Numbered from the stretch's first letter, positions 40,520 through 51,181 are shown. The stretch: 64,000 nt of DNA from an uncultured Ignavibacteria bacterium (GCA_937127445.1 CAKZLY010000021.1:15886-79885); one strand, 5' to 3'. The notes: a model not told the origin generated them from the letters alone. A program made the numbers and translations.

Positions 40520-41266
40520 TTAATAATTTATTACTTTAAATAATAGGTCGTTCCCTTCTAATTCGTATTCAACATATTTTATTGGAACACATCTATTATT
40601 CATATCATTGAAATGCTTTAAACTTTCTATTATTTTTTTATAATTTTCTGAAGTTTTGTTAAGTATTTTTTTAGAAATCAATACTGGTTGAATATCGCTA
40701 ATTCTATTAGGGACATAATATTGCTCTAACCAATCAACATATCTTTGGATTTGAAGAGTATTATCTATTCTCGCTTCAGTCGCTTTAAGTTCGATAAGCA
40801 AAACAAGTCTTCTGTTGTCACCAATGAGAGAAAGCATTATACCCATTTTTTGCATACCAACACCACAAGCAACCTCATTTCCTAACCATTCTTAAACCTC
40901 AAAAGTTTCAAGCAAAGTTCTAAATGTTAATGACTTGATAAGTTCACTTTTTAAAAATTGATTGGAATCGTTATTATCCAAAAAAGATAAATCTTCTTTG
41001 GTTTTAAAAATACCATAGAATTTACCTTCTCATACTTTTTCAGAGTAATTTTGTTGTAAATAGAAAACGACAAAATCACCCTTTCTGATTCTTTGAGAGT
41101 CAGCAATCATTCCAACCAGATTATTTTCTGTTGAGTAATTCAACTGTGATCTCGGGTTATCATTAAAATCAATATAGTTTTCTTTTGCTCCTGTCCCAGC
41201 AAATTGGTATTCTAAATGATACTTAAATGTGTTAGTGTCAACAATGAAAACATGCGTTGTGCTCAT
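40520..41266 (-). pseudogene. PD-(D/E)xK restriction endonuclease-like gene disrupted by two in-frame stop codons (TGA at 41027-29, TAA near 40880)
   Basis: ORFs 41030..41266 and 40520..40855 are in the same frame, separated only by two nonsense codons. (D/E)xK motif LVLLIELKAT. Start overlaps the upstream methyltransferase by 4 nt. Confidence 0.55.
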
Positions 41267-42410
41267 CTTTTTACCTTTTTAAACAAAAAAATATATTCGT
41301 GTTTGAAAATATAAAATCCACCGACTAAAGCTCTATATCGCCATAATTCCTTTTGGTTCTTTTTTCCTTTTGTTTCTTCAAAATTTTTAACAATTGTGGA
41401 TTTTAAAATATATCCTCTTTTCAGGACTTCATTCATAGTATAAAATGCCAACGGTATCCACTCACCTTGCGAATACTTGTCTCCAATTACAATTGCTAAA
41501 TATCTTCCATAATCTAAAATATTATAAGTATTATCCAAAACCTTGCTAAATAAACTCAAGAATTCTTCTATACTTGAAGCATTTGATAAATCTTTCTTGT
41601 TATTGCTAAATTTTATTATATCCCAATAGGATGGATGCATAATTAAGAACTGAACAGATTTGATATTTCTTTTTTCTAATTCCTGTCTAAAATTTAATTC
41701 TGCACTGTCTGCATTTATTACTTCTGTTCTAACATTTAATATATTTTCCTCTGCAAAAATATTTTTCTTGGCAACTTCCACCACTTTTTGTTGAAGTTCT
41801 ACTCCAATTCCATTTCTCCCTAATCTTCTACACTCAATTAGCGTCGTTCCACTACCCAAAAATGGATCTAACACCCATTCTCACCTTGTTTAGTATATCT
41901 TCGTAAAAATTGATTAGGGATTTGTGGTATAAAATTGCCCCAATACCCAGCATTGTGCGCACCAGAATTATCCCTATTTTCTAATATCCATAAGCTATCT
42001 GTAATTATATCATCATATTCTTTCCATCGATTTAAGTTTATATCATTAATTTTACTTGTTTTAATCTCTATTAGACTTTTTTTAAGGCGAGATATATAAT
42101 ACTTCGCTCTTTCAACGGTTTGAGCTTCGACAATTTGGCTTAAATCTTCAAGCAGCGTATTTCTTTTTATTTTCAGAATATCCCCGTCAATTGAAATCTT
42201 CAGTAGTTCTAATTCATCCTTTCTTATATTTTTTACAATTTCTAATACTTTTTGAACTTCTAACTTAATTTTACTTGTCTCGTGTAATGTTTCAATATTC
42301 GACAAAACTTCAAGAAAGATCTTCTTATTGATAATTAAATCTATTTTATTATCAAACTTTTTATAAGAATCATCACTAAATTCAAATAAAGTAAAATTTT
42401 CGTTTTTCAT
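41263..42410 (-). pseudogene. N6/N4 amino-DNA methyltransferase, frameshifted within a CCC (GGG on the coding strand) run between motif X and motif I
   Basis: Frame A ends ...IPQIPNQFLRRYTKQGENGC*. Frame B continues (E)WVLDPFLGSGTT...VELQ...MHPSYW. Inserting one G restores ...ENG-VLDPFLGSGTT. Confidence 0.6.
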
Positions 42411-42562
42411 TGCAACCGCAATAATTAGAAAAATGCAAAATATATTAACATAAAAAATAATTTTGTCTATTGCAAAAATTTTGATTTTTTTTACAATAGC
42501 ACTTTTTTACCAAAATTACCTTCTGCTCAGAAAATTCATATACAGCATTTATTAGTTTGCTC

Positions 42563-45496
42563 TTACAATATTCTTTCTAAATCTGCTTCGCTTTCTAATA
42601 GAACTGTTCGGGCTTTGCTGCCTTCGTTCGGACCGACTATTCCCGCATCTTCTAATTCATCGATAATACGACCCGCACGAGCATAACCGACTTTCAAACG
42701 CCTCTGGATTAACGACACAGAAGCCTGTTGCAGTTGCACAACAAGACGCGCCGCTTCCTCGAAAAGCGGATCGCGGTCCTCCGCTGCAATGCTTCCCGAC
42801 GACGATTTTTCTTCCAGAAAGCTCGGAAGCATATACGGCTTGCTGTATCCAGACTGCTTCCCTATAAAATTGCATACATTTTCAACTTCATCTGTCGAAA
42901 TGAAGGCGTTCTGTATTCTTATTGGTTTTGGCGAACCGCTCGGCAAAAACAACATATCACCGTTGCCAAGCAATTGCTCTGCACCTGAAATATCAAGTAT
43001 TGTTCGGCTATCAATCTTCGATGCAACAAGATAAGCAATACGCGCAGGGAAATTCGCTTTGATTATACCTGTAATTACATCTACTGACGGTCTTTGTGTT
43101 GCAATAATTAGATGAATACCAACAGCACGAGCCATCTGTGCCAAACGAATTATAGGTTCTTCGACTTCACGCGATGCTGTTAGCATCAAGTCTGCTAATT
43201 CATCAACTACCACAACAATATACGGCATTGGCCTGTGGTCAAATTCTTTGATATGCTTGTAAGCACCCGCCCTAACTTTAGCATTATAGTCAGCAATGTT
43301 TCGTTGCCCAACCATCGCCAAAATATTATATCTATTTTCCATTTCTAAAACTGTTGATTTGAGTATAGCAACTGCATCTTGCGGATTTGTTACAATTGCA
43401 TCTTGTATATCAGGCGACATCGCAAGAAAATGATAACGTAATCGGCTATATTGCTGTAATTCCACTTTCTTTGGGTCTATAATCACAAATTTCAAGTCTC
43501 GCGGATGCATCCTGAAAAGCAAAGAATTAATTATTGTGTTTATCCCAACAGATTTTCCCGACCCAGTTGAACCAGCAATTAGCAAGTGCGGAGCTTTTGT
43601 AAGGTCGGCAACAACAACTTCGCCCGAAATCGTCTTGCCCAAAGCGATTGGTAAGTGTGCCTTCGATTCGTAAAATTTTGCAGTATTCACAACATTGCTG
43701 AACCGAACAATTGATGGATGTTGGTTCGGTATCTCCACTCCGATTGTCCCGCGTCCGGGAATTGGAGCGATAATTCTGATGCCACGAGCCTTTAATGCCA
43801 TTGCAAGATCATCGGCAAGGCTCTCTATGCGACTAATTTTTATACCAGCAGCGGGCACAAATTCATATTGAGTTACGACAGGTCCGGGTGTTACAGTAAG
43901 ATTTTCTATATAAATTTTGAATGTTTCAAGTTTTTCTTGCAAAATTCTGGCGTTCATCCTCAATTCTTCGTCGCTTACTCTAATTTCCTCGGCGCTGGTA
44001 TCGAGCAGATTAACACTTGGCGGAGTGTAGAGAATATCCTCGTCGTGAATTGCCACACCGAGCGGAGTGTTGAGGACGGGTTCGTCTTCTGGTGCAGGCT
44101 CTTCGACTTCTATGATTAAAGGTTTTGGTCTATCCGTCTCAGACGGTTTAATTTCAATTGGTTTTGGGCGAATAACTGCTTCATCTATTCCCTCTTTAAT
44201 TGGCTGTGTTGGCTTCGGCTTCACAATTAGGGCTTCGTCGATTTCTGGGATTTCAGAGTTATCCTCAACTGGGAAATATTCATTAGTCGGGCTTTCTTGC
44301 TGCTTTATTTCAAGTTTTGTCTCCGTTCTTTCAGTTGCAATTTTCTGCGAAATAGTATAATCTTTCTGCTCTTGCTTTTCAGCTTTGGTAAATTCTTCAT
44401 TCTGTTGAATTATCTCATTTCCCAGATTATGTTCATTTTGTTCAGATTGTATATTAAGCTCGCTTTCCTCACTTTGCTTGATTTTCGAAATTGATTTATC
44501 AACAAACTGACTTTCAACGTCAATTTTACGCAATCCAAGCGGTGCAATTGGTGGTGCTTGCTCTTTGAACGGGTTTTTTATGTTGATTTTCAGCTCAGGC
44601 TGTCTGGGTTGCTCTTGCTTGCTTTCGGTTGCAACAAGATTCTCCTGAACTGTTGCTTGTTCGATATTTTTGTTTTCTCGGATACTTTCGTTAGATAATT
44701 CGTCGCTTTGTTGCTGAATGTCTTGTGGTAATTCCTCCGAAAGCAGTTCTTTGTTGATTTTTTCAAAATCTTTTACTTTCACAAATAGAAATTTGAAAAG
44801 GGCAATGCTTTTTTTGTAAATTAAAAGCAAAATCTCCCAAATTTTAGCAAAAATTGGCTTCCAATTTATATTTGTCCCGAAATACACAAGCAAAAACAAA
44901 GCAATCAGGAAAAACAAAGTCGCACCGAACGGACTAAGCAATTTCGACATCACCGAACCAGCAAACAAACCAATTGCCCCGAGCCATTCTTTATCTATTT
45001 TGCTAAACGCTTCAAAATTTCTCAATGAGCCAAGCAAGGATGAAAACGAAATCCCAAACAGTAAGTAAATAATTGTGTTGCGTATAAGTCGGTCAGGGAT
45101 TTCGAATGATTTGTAAACATTCAATCCCCAGACAAATAGAAACACAGGCAAGAAAACAATTATGTAACCGATGGTGCCATTTATCATCAGGTCCGAAAGC
45201 ACCGCCCCCGTAAGCCCAAGCCAATTTTGCGTTGTTTCTGCTTTTATTCGTATCATTGAATCCGACGAAAATATCGTCAGCAGCTCTGAAAGCGTAATTT
45301 TAGCATTTAATTCATCTTTTTGCGTGTATGAAACAATCGAAAGGAACAACAAAATAGAAAAAATCATCAGCAGCACAGCAAAAATTCTGGAATAAAGCGA
45401 AAAATTCATCTCTTTGGGCGATTTGTCGGGTTTGCTTTTGGGTTGCTCTTTTTTGCTGCTGCGTTTAATCACTATTTCGTCGTTGCTTTCAGCCAT
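42563..45496 (-). CDS. ftsK: DNA translocase FtsK
   Basis: N-terminal TM helices, a Q/E/P-rich linker, the FtsK/SpoIIIE ATPase (GSTGSGKSVGIN), and a C-terminal gamma winged-helix domain. Confidence 0.9.
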   Translation of the reverse strand: MAESNDEIVIKRSSKKEQPKSKPDKSPKEMNFSLYSRIFAVLLMIFSILLFLSIVSYTQKDELNAKITLSELLTIFSSDSMIRIKAETTQNWLGLTGAVLSDLMINGTIGYIIVFLPVFLFVWGLNVYKSFEIPDRLIRNTIIYLLFGISFSSLLGSLRNFEAFSKIDKEWLGAIGLFAGSVMSKLLSPFGATLFFLIALFLLVYFGTNINWKPIFAKIWEILLLIYKKSIALFKFLFVKVKDFEKINKELLSEELPQDIQQQSDELSNESIRENKNIEQATVQENLVATESKQEQPRQPELKINIKNPFKEQAPPIAPLGLRKIDVESQFVDKSISKIKQSEESELNIQSEQNEHNLGNEIIQQNEEFTKAEKQEQKDYTISQKIATERTETKLEIKQQESPTNEYFPVEDNSEIPEIDEALIVKPKPTQPIKEGIDEAVIRPKPIEIKPSETDRPKPLIIEVEEPAPEDEPVLNTPLGVAIHDEDILYTPPSVNLLDTSAEEIRVSDEELRMNARILQEKLETFKIYIENLTVTPGPVVTQYEFVPAAGIKISRIESLADDLAMALKARGIRIIAPIPGRGTIGVEIPNQHPSIVRFSNVVNTAKFYESKAHLPIALGKTISGEVVVADLTKAPHLLIAGSTGSGKSVGINTIINSLLFRMHPRDLKFVIIDPKKVELQQYSRLRYHFLAMSPDIQDAIVTNPQDAVAILKSTVLEMENRYNILAMVGQRNIADYNAKVRAGAYKHIKEFDHRPMPYIVVVVDELADLMLTASREVEEPIIRLAQMARAVGIHLIIATQRPSVDVITGIIKANFPARIAYLVASKIDSRTILDISGAEQLLGNGDMLFLPSGSPKPIRIQNAFISTDEVENVCNFIGKQSGYSKPYMLPSFLEEKSSSGSIAAEDRDPLFEEAARLVVQLQQASVSLIQRRLKVGYARAGRIIDELEDAGIVGPNEGSKARTVLLESEADLERIL

Positions 45497-46256
45497 TTTT
45501 TACCTCGGTTGCTTTGAGCATTTTGATACTATTGCCCTCAATATACGGAATAATTGGATAAAGGTCAATTGTCGAGGCAATTTGAATATCACTATCAAAT
45601 CCCAAGCTTTCAAGCAATTTAGCATGTTCGGTGGTTCTTATGAAGTCTGTGATATTGCCTTTGTACATCTCGTAGATAGATTTAGCTAAATGAGCAGCAT
45701 CGGTGAGTTTGCAGTTTAGTTCATTGTGGAAATGTCTCACAAACGCCCCCGCTGCAAGAGTATCCTCGTAGGATATTCTTCCTTTGTTGCCCGCAGCGAA
45801 CAAAATTATTGAATGCACCGCCGGGTCGTTCTTAACACGGTTTAGCACATACTCGCAAACAGCGGACAAATTCACAAACGAAGCAACTATACGACAGGGC
45901 GATTCTTTCGCACGGGTAAATATTTGCGTGCCGTTCGTTGTTGTGAGAATAACGATTTTACTCTCGACTTTTTCTTTTGTAAATTCGGTGGGTGAGTTGC
46001 CTGCACCGAACCCATCGGGTTTCATTCCATTGCGTTCGCCGGCAAGAATAGCATTTTGTTTATCTATTGTGTTGTAGAGCTTTACTGCTTTTTCGGTTGT
46101 ATCGGTGATAATGATTTCGCGGGCATTGTTGCTAAGTGCGGTAACTATCGTTGTGCTTGCCCTCAGAACATCAATCATAATCACAACAGAATTCGAAAAA
46201 TAGGTGTTCTCGTCTATTGCAGTTGGCACCAAAAATGCATCAATAATCATAAACAA
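45489..46256 (-). CDS. 2-phosphosulfolactate phosphatase family protein (ComB-like)
   Basis: VVIMIDVLRASTTIVTAL motif, characteristic of PF04029. Overlaps the ftsK start by 8 nt. Confidence 0.6.
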   Translation of the reverse strand: MFMIIDAFLVPTAIDENTYFSNSVVIMIDVLRASTTIVTALSNNAREIIITDTTEKAVKLYNTIDKQNAILAGERNGMKPDGFGAGNSPTEFTKEKVESKIVILTTTNGTQIFTRAKESPCRIVASFVNLSAVCEYVLNRVKNDPAVHSIILFAAGNKGRISYEDTLAAGAFVRHFHNELNCKLTDAAHLAKSIYEMYKGNITDFIRTTEHAKLLESLGFDSDIQIASTIDLYPIIPYIEGNSIKMLKATEVKNG

Positions 46257-46599
46257 TTCGAACCATTATATTTTACACATTATTTAAATTTAAGTAATTT
46301 TTTTGAATTATGTAAATTTTGATAATTATATTTTTAATAAATGCGTTTGGGTATGGAATTTTTGTAAGGGCACAGAATGACTTGCCCCCACCCTATATTT
46401 CTAAGCATTTCGAAGGTTAAAGTTATCATTATCCCATTTATGTAAATACATCTAAGTTGTGGCATATTCTAATATGCGACTATCCCTTCTTCACCTTTAC
46501 ACATTTGTAATTTCATTAATTTTTTTTAATTATTTTGTATTTTTAAATTCACGGTAAAACTGATATTTTTACAATGTAAAATTTTCAAAAAGGGGAAAA

Positions 46600-47007
46600 A
46601 TGGCATTTATTAACTGGAACGATGGCCTAAAAGTGAACGTAAATACCATCGACGTTCAGCACCAGAAGCTCATTGATATTGTTAATTCTTTGTTCGATGC
46701 GATGAGCGAAGGCAAAGGTAACGATGTACTGAACGATGTTTTCAACGGTTTGCTAAATTATACTGTAGAGCATTTTTCAACAGAAGAAAAATTAATGGAG
46801 CAACACAATTATCCCAAAACTGAATTTCACAAAGTTGAGCATTCCGATCTTACTCGCCAAGCAAAAGATCTTTACGACAAATTTAAATCTGGACAGGCAA
46901 CTATTAGTGTTCCAACTCTTAATTTTCTACGTTCATGGCTGAATAACCATATTTTGTCGTCCGATAAGCAATTTGGTGACTACTTAAATAATATTGGAGT
47001 TAAATAA
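46600..47007 (+). CDS. Bacteriohemerythrin
   Basis: Hemerythrin His/Glu ligand pattern (H..EH, H....E, H..H....D). 135 aa. Confidence 0.8.
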   Translation: MAFINWNDGLKVNVNTIDVQHQKLIDIVNSLFDAMSEGKGNDVLNDVFNGLLNYTVEHFSTEEKLMEQHNYPKTEFHKVEHSDLTRQAKDLYDKFKSGQATISVPTLNFLRSWLNNHILSSDKQFGDYLNNIGVK

Positions 47008-47025
47008 TCCAACTTTCAAAAATCA

Positions 47026-47065
47026 AAAGGCTGCCACATTGATATGAGGCAGCCTTTATTTTCGT
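47026..47065. terminator. Bidirectional rho-independent terminator between the hemerythrin and aldehyde dehydrogenase genes
   Basis: AAAGGCTGCC-loop-GGCAGCCTTT followed by ATTTTCG. Confidence 0.65.
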
Positions 47066-47086
47066 ATTCAAAATAATCAATTCAAA

Positions 47087-48463
47087 CTATTCTACAACAA
47101 CAGTTTTGATATTTACAAACTCTTTGATACCCTCCTCGGAAAGTTCTCTGCCGTAGCCCGATTCTTTGATACCACCAAATGGCAACCGTGGATCGCTTTT
47201 CACTTGTCCGTTAACATGAACAGTTCCTGCATTGAGCACATTTTTAGCTAAATATTCTGCTTTTTCCATATCTTCGGTAAATACAGCAGCGCCGAGCCCA
47301 TAATTAGTGAAGTTGCAAAGCGAAATAGCAAGATCTTCACGTTCAGCACGAGTAACCGCCGCAACAGGTCCGAAAGTTTCTTGGTCGAAAATTGGCATTC
47401 CCGGCATTACCCCCGTAACTATTGTAGCAGGATAATAGAATCCCGCACCGTCGGGAATTTCTCCGCCAAGGTGCAGTTTTGCACCAAAATCAAGCGCTCT
47501 CTCCACCAGTGAATGCAATTCATCGCGCAAGTCAGCTCTTGCTTGCGGGCCAATGTCAGTATCTTTTTCAAGTGGATTGCCCATTTTGTATGATTGCATT
47601 TCGTGGGTAAATTTTTCGAGGAATTCGTCGTAAACTTCTGCTTCGACGATAAATCTTTTTGCAGCGATGCAGCTTTGACCGCTATTTACAAGGCGAGCAG
47701 CCGCGCAAACCTTTGCAGCTTTATCGATGTTTGCGTCTTTTAGCACTAAATATGGATCGCTGCCGCCAAGTTCCATAACACATTTTTTCATATATTTCCC
47801 AGCAACAGTAGTAACACGTCGTCCAACTTCCGTGCTCCCTGTTAGCGAGACAGCAGCAACATTGATATTACCAATCAATTCTTCTACTTCGTTGCCCGAA
47901 ATAACAAGCGAAGTAAAGACGTTTTCCGGCAGTCCTGCATCGAGCAAAAGATATTCGATTGCCAGCGAACAACCCATAACATTGCTTGAATGTTTGAGCA
48001 GAACAGCATTGCCTGCCATCAATGTAGGGACGGCAAATCTAAACACTTGCCAGAATGGAAAGTTCCACGGCATAATTCCCAATATTATTCCGAGTGGATT
48101 GTATGTTACGTATGATTTCTTTGCTTCTGTTTCGATCGTCTTATCCGAAAGGAAACGCTCCGAATTTTCTACGTAGTATTTGCAAACTTTTGCACATTTT
48201 TCGATTTCAGCAAGTCCCTGTGAAATTGGCTTACCCATTTCTTCTGCCATCAATTTTGCATATTGTTCCCTACGTTTCATTAATAAATCTGCAACAGTAA
48301 GAAACATTTCTGCACGAGCCGAAAACGGGCGCCGCGCCCATTCAATTTGTCGTTTTGTGGTAGTTGAAATAATTCGCTCAATTTCGTTGTGAGTGTGCTT
48401 GTTATACTCCTTGATAACTTCCCCATTATGAGGATTAACAGTTGTTATTTTGTCGCTGCTCAT
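47087..48463 (-). CDS. NAD(P)-dependent aldehyde dehydrogenase (succinate-semialdehyde dehydrogenase-like)
   Basis: ALDH motifs: catalytic Cys in GQSCIAAKR, Glu in ELGGSDP, GSTEVG. Confidence 0.85.
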   Translation of the reverse strand: MSSDKITTVNPHNGEVIKEYNKHTHNEIERIISTTTKRQIEWARRPFSARAEMFLTVADLLMKRREQYAKLMAEEMGKPISQGLAEIEKCAKVCKYYVENSERFLSDKTIETEAKKSYVTYNPLGIILGIMPWNFPFWQVFRFAVPTLMAGNAVLLKHSSNVMGCSLAIEYLLLDAGLPENVFTSLVISGNEVEELIGNINVAAVSLTGSTEVGRRVTTVAGKYMKKCVMELGGSDPYLVLKDANIDKAAKVCAAARLVNSGQSCIAAKRFIVEAEVYDEFLEKFTHEMQSYKMGNPLEKDTDIGPQARADLRDELHSLVERALDFGAKLHLGGEIPDGAGFYYPATIVTGVMPGMPIFDQETFGPVAAVTRAEREDLAISLCNFTNYGLGAAVFTEDMEKAEYLAKNVLNAGTVHVNGQVKSDPRLPFGGIKESGYGRELSEEGIKEFVNIKTVVVE

Positions 48464-48538
48464 AAAATTTCCTTTAATTATTTTATATATTTGTTTTATT
48501 TACGTTTTGCATTTGTAATAATTTTAAAGTGTAAAATT

Positions 48539-48973
48539 ATGAAAATATTCATTACAAAAATACTCGACTCCAAAATATTTTCTATAATCGCAGCACTTCT
48601 GATTATCTCTTTCGGTCTATACAAATGGAGTAATTTTTCTCATAAAGTTGATGAAATTGGTGCAAGTGCTCTTCGAAAAAGTACCGTTAAAACAATTTCT
48701 ATTTCATCAGGCATATCAAGCAACGATTTTCAAAAATTTCTCACAAATTATTACAACGAAAATGTGTATGAATTCAAGAAATATTCGGGCTATTATCAGT
48801 CGCGGGAATTTTCCGAAAGCGATAGCCTTTCCTACTTTTTCTCTGTTGCGGACGAACCAAACAAGCCACTTACCCTGCAAGTGAACTACACAAAATTGCC
48901 CAACAACTTCGACATCAAATCACACTCAGCAAATTGCCTTACAGCAGTTGAAAGAATAATTTACAATAAATAA
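48539..48973 (+). CDS. Hypothetical membrane-anchored protein
   Basis: ATG at 48539, N-terminal TM helix. No recognisable domains. Confidence 0.35.
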   Translation: MKIFITKILDSKIFSIIAALLIISFGLYKWSNFSHKVDEIGASALRKSTVKTISISSGISSNDFQKFLTNYYNENVYEFKKYSGYYQSREFSESDSLSYFFSVADEPNKPLTLQVNYTKLPNNFDIKSHSANCLTAVERIIYNK

Positions 48974-49029
48974 AAACTGCTTGCATTTTTGCAAGCAGTT
49001 GCTAAATATCTAATCAAGATAAAATTATC

Positions 49030-49923
49030 TTACTTCACCATCTTATGTTTTTTCAGTGCTTTTTGCAGCAATTTCTTGTTTTCGGGACGCATCGGAATAA
49101 GCGGCAATCTGTAATACTCCTCAATCATTCCCATAAGAACAAGGGCGGCTTTGACGGGAATCGGATTTGTCTCGATAAAGTTCAATGCAAACAAATCGAG
49201 CAAATCATAATGAATATTCATTGCACTTTCATAGTCGCCATCAAGAGCTAAATTTACCATTTGTGAGAAAATTTTCGGAGCATAGTTTGAAATCACCGAA
49301 ACCACGCCTTTCCCACCAAACAAAATTGTTGGCACAGCAAGAGAGTCGTCGCCCGCAAGCACAATAAATTTGCTCGGCGAATACTTGATAATCTCAGATA
49401 TTTGGTCTAAATCGCCCGATGCTTCTTTGGTGGCAACTATATTTTTGTAGCTTTTTGCAAGTTTAATTTGTGTTTCGGCAGAAATATTGACACCTGCACG
49501 TGATGGTACATTATAGATAATCAGTGGCAAATCAACATTTTCAGCAATTGTAGCGTAATGCTGGTAGAGCCCTTCCTGGCTTGGCTTGTTATAATATGGA
49601 GCAACAAGCAAGGCTGCATCGGCTCCTGCTTCTTTCGCCAAAATTGTCAAATCAATTGTCGCACGAGTATCGTTACTGCCTGTCCCAGCAATAATAGTTG
49701 CGTCTTTTCCAACGTGTTCGACCGCTGCTACAATCAAAGACACTTTTTCTTTTGCCGTCATTGTTGCCGATTCGCCTGTCGAACCACAAACGCAAATGTT
49801 TTTCACTCCATTTTTCAACTGAAAATCAAGCAACCGCTTAAATGCGTCGTAATCAATCGTTAAGTCGCTTTTGAATGGAGTTACTATTGCCGTTGTTGTG
49901 CCACTTAGGAAATTTTTTTCCAT
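49030..49923 (-). CDS. dapA: 4-hydroxy-tetrahydrodipicolinate synthase
   Basis: TAIVTPF, GSTGE, and a Schiff-base Lys context consistent with DapA/NAL family. Confidence 0.85.
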   Translation of the reverse strand: MEKNFLSGTTTAIVTPFKSDLTIDYDAFKRLLDFQLKNGVKNICVCGSTGESATMTAKEKVSLIVAAVEHVGKDATIIAGTGSNDTRATIDLTILAKEAGADAALLVAPYYNKPSQEGLYQHYATIAENVDLPLIIYNVPSRAGVNISAETQIKLAKSYKNIVATKEASGDLDQISEIIKYSPSKFIVLAGDDSLAVPTILFGGKGVVSVISNYAPKIFSQMVNLALDGDYESAMNIHYDLLDLFALNFIETNPIPVKAALVLMGMIEEYYRLPLIPMRPENKKLLQKALKKHKMVK

Positions 49924-50038
49924 ATACTTCCCTTTATTTATTTGCAGGTTGTTTATTTATTTGCTAACTTGTAATTATTAATAATACTTTGACTATTACA
50001 AAATAAAACATAAATTTTGAAAATAAAAAGTTTTTTTT

Positions 50039-51061
50039 ATGAGAAACAAGCAAAATTTTGACGAACCCAAAAAAGAATACATCAGAAAAAGCAAAACTTT
50101 TAGAAAAACTTTAATCAAAGATGTCCCCAAAAACATTAATAATTTCCTGCAAGGTCGTGTAATTGAGGTTAAACCCAAATATTACGTCGTCGAGCAACTG
50201 CAAACGAAATCACTTTATTCGTGTTTTGTTGCGGGACGAATTTCTTCGCCGCATAAATATTCCAATCTCATTGCCTGCGGTGATTACGTTAATTTCACAA
50301 TTGATGACAATTCTTCGAACGAACAAAGCGGGTTGATTTTTCAAGTTGAGGAACGCAAAACTAAACTTTCCCGCCGCGACCCTGCCAATCCAAATCGTGA
50401 ACAAGTTATTTCATCAAACAATTCTCATTTGCTTATCTTTATGTCTATTGATGAGCCAATAATTAATCTGCGCCTCATTGATAGAATTCTTGTTGCCGCC
50501 GAACTCGGCAAATTAGATCCTATTATTTGCATAAACAAGATTGATTTAGTTGATTTCGACGAAATTTTCGACATGTTCGACACATACAAAGCGTTGAAAA
50601 TTCCGTTTTTCCCTGTATCAGTAGCCGAGGAGTTAGGTCTGGACTTTCTTTATTCTTTTATAAAAGGCAAGGACATTGTAATCGTTGGAATGAGCGGAGT
50701 CGGTAAATCATCTCTAATCAATAAAATTTTCGGCTATGAAGTACAGCGAATTGCTGATGTGAGCGAATGGAGCGGCAAAGGTCGCCACACAACAAGCATT
50801 GTCCGGCGATTCGAACTTCCTTTCGGTGGCTACTTGACAGACACGCCTGGACTGCGTGAATTTGCACTGTGGGACGTTTCAAAAGATGAGCTTTGCTTGC
50901 TTTTCCCGGATTTCCGCCAGTATATAAATGATTGCAAATTTGCTGCCTGCACTCACACTCACGAACCCGGTTGCAGCGTAAAATGGGCTGTCGAAAAAAA
51001 TAAAATTAGCTTTGAAAGATATCAAAGCTACTTGAATATTTACTATACTTTGAATGATTAG
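50039..51061 (+). CDS. rsgA: Ribosome small-subunit-dependent GTPase A (RsgA/YjeQ)
   Basis: OB-fold N-terminus, circularly permuted GTPase motifs (GMSGVGKSSLIN, DTPG), C-terminal CxxCxHxxEPGC zinc finger. Confidence 0.85.
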   Translation: MRNKQNFDEPKKEYIRKSKTFRKTLIKDVPKNINNFLQGRVIEVKPKYYVVEQLQTKSLYSCFVAGRISSPHKYSNLIACGDYVNFTIDDNSSNEQSGLIFQVEERKTKLSRRDPANPNREQVISSNNSHLLIFMSIDEPIINLRLIDRILVAAELGKLDPIICINKIDLVDFDEIFDMFDTYKALKIPFFPVSVAEELGLDFLYSFIKGKDIVIVGMSGVGKSSLINKIFGYEVQRIADVSEWSGKGRHTTSIVRRFELPFGGYLTDTPGLREFALWDVSKDELCLLFPDFRQYINDCKFAACTHTHEPGCSVKWAVEKNKISFERYQSYLNIYYTLND

Positions 51062-51134
51062 CTGCCCCGCCAGGGCTCGAACCTGGACTTTTCTGATCCA
51101 GAGTCAGACGTGTTGCCAATTACACCACAGGGCA
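51062..51134 (-). tRNA. tRNA-Gln (anticodon CUG)
   Basis: Manual cloverleaf folds cleanly: U1-A72 acceptor (typical of bacterial tRNA-Gln), anticodon loop CUCUGGA, T-loop UUCGAGC. Begins 1 nt after the rsgA stop. Confidence 0.8.
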
Positions 51135-51181
51135 ATCTCGCTACAAAACTAATAATTAATTCTCGAACTTGCAAGGAAAAT

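Noticed and set aside
40856-41029. Stop-codon reassignment (TGA/TAA read-through) explaining the in-frame stops in the nuclease gene
   Set aside because: TAA, TGA and TAG all terminate well-conserved genes throughout the window at the expected positions (e.g., rpmH TAG, rlmN TGA, yidC TAG), so the standard code applies and the interruptions are nonsense mutations.
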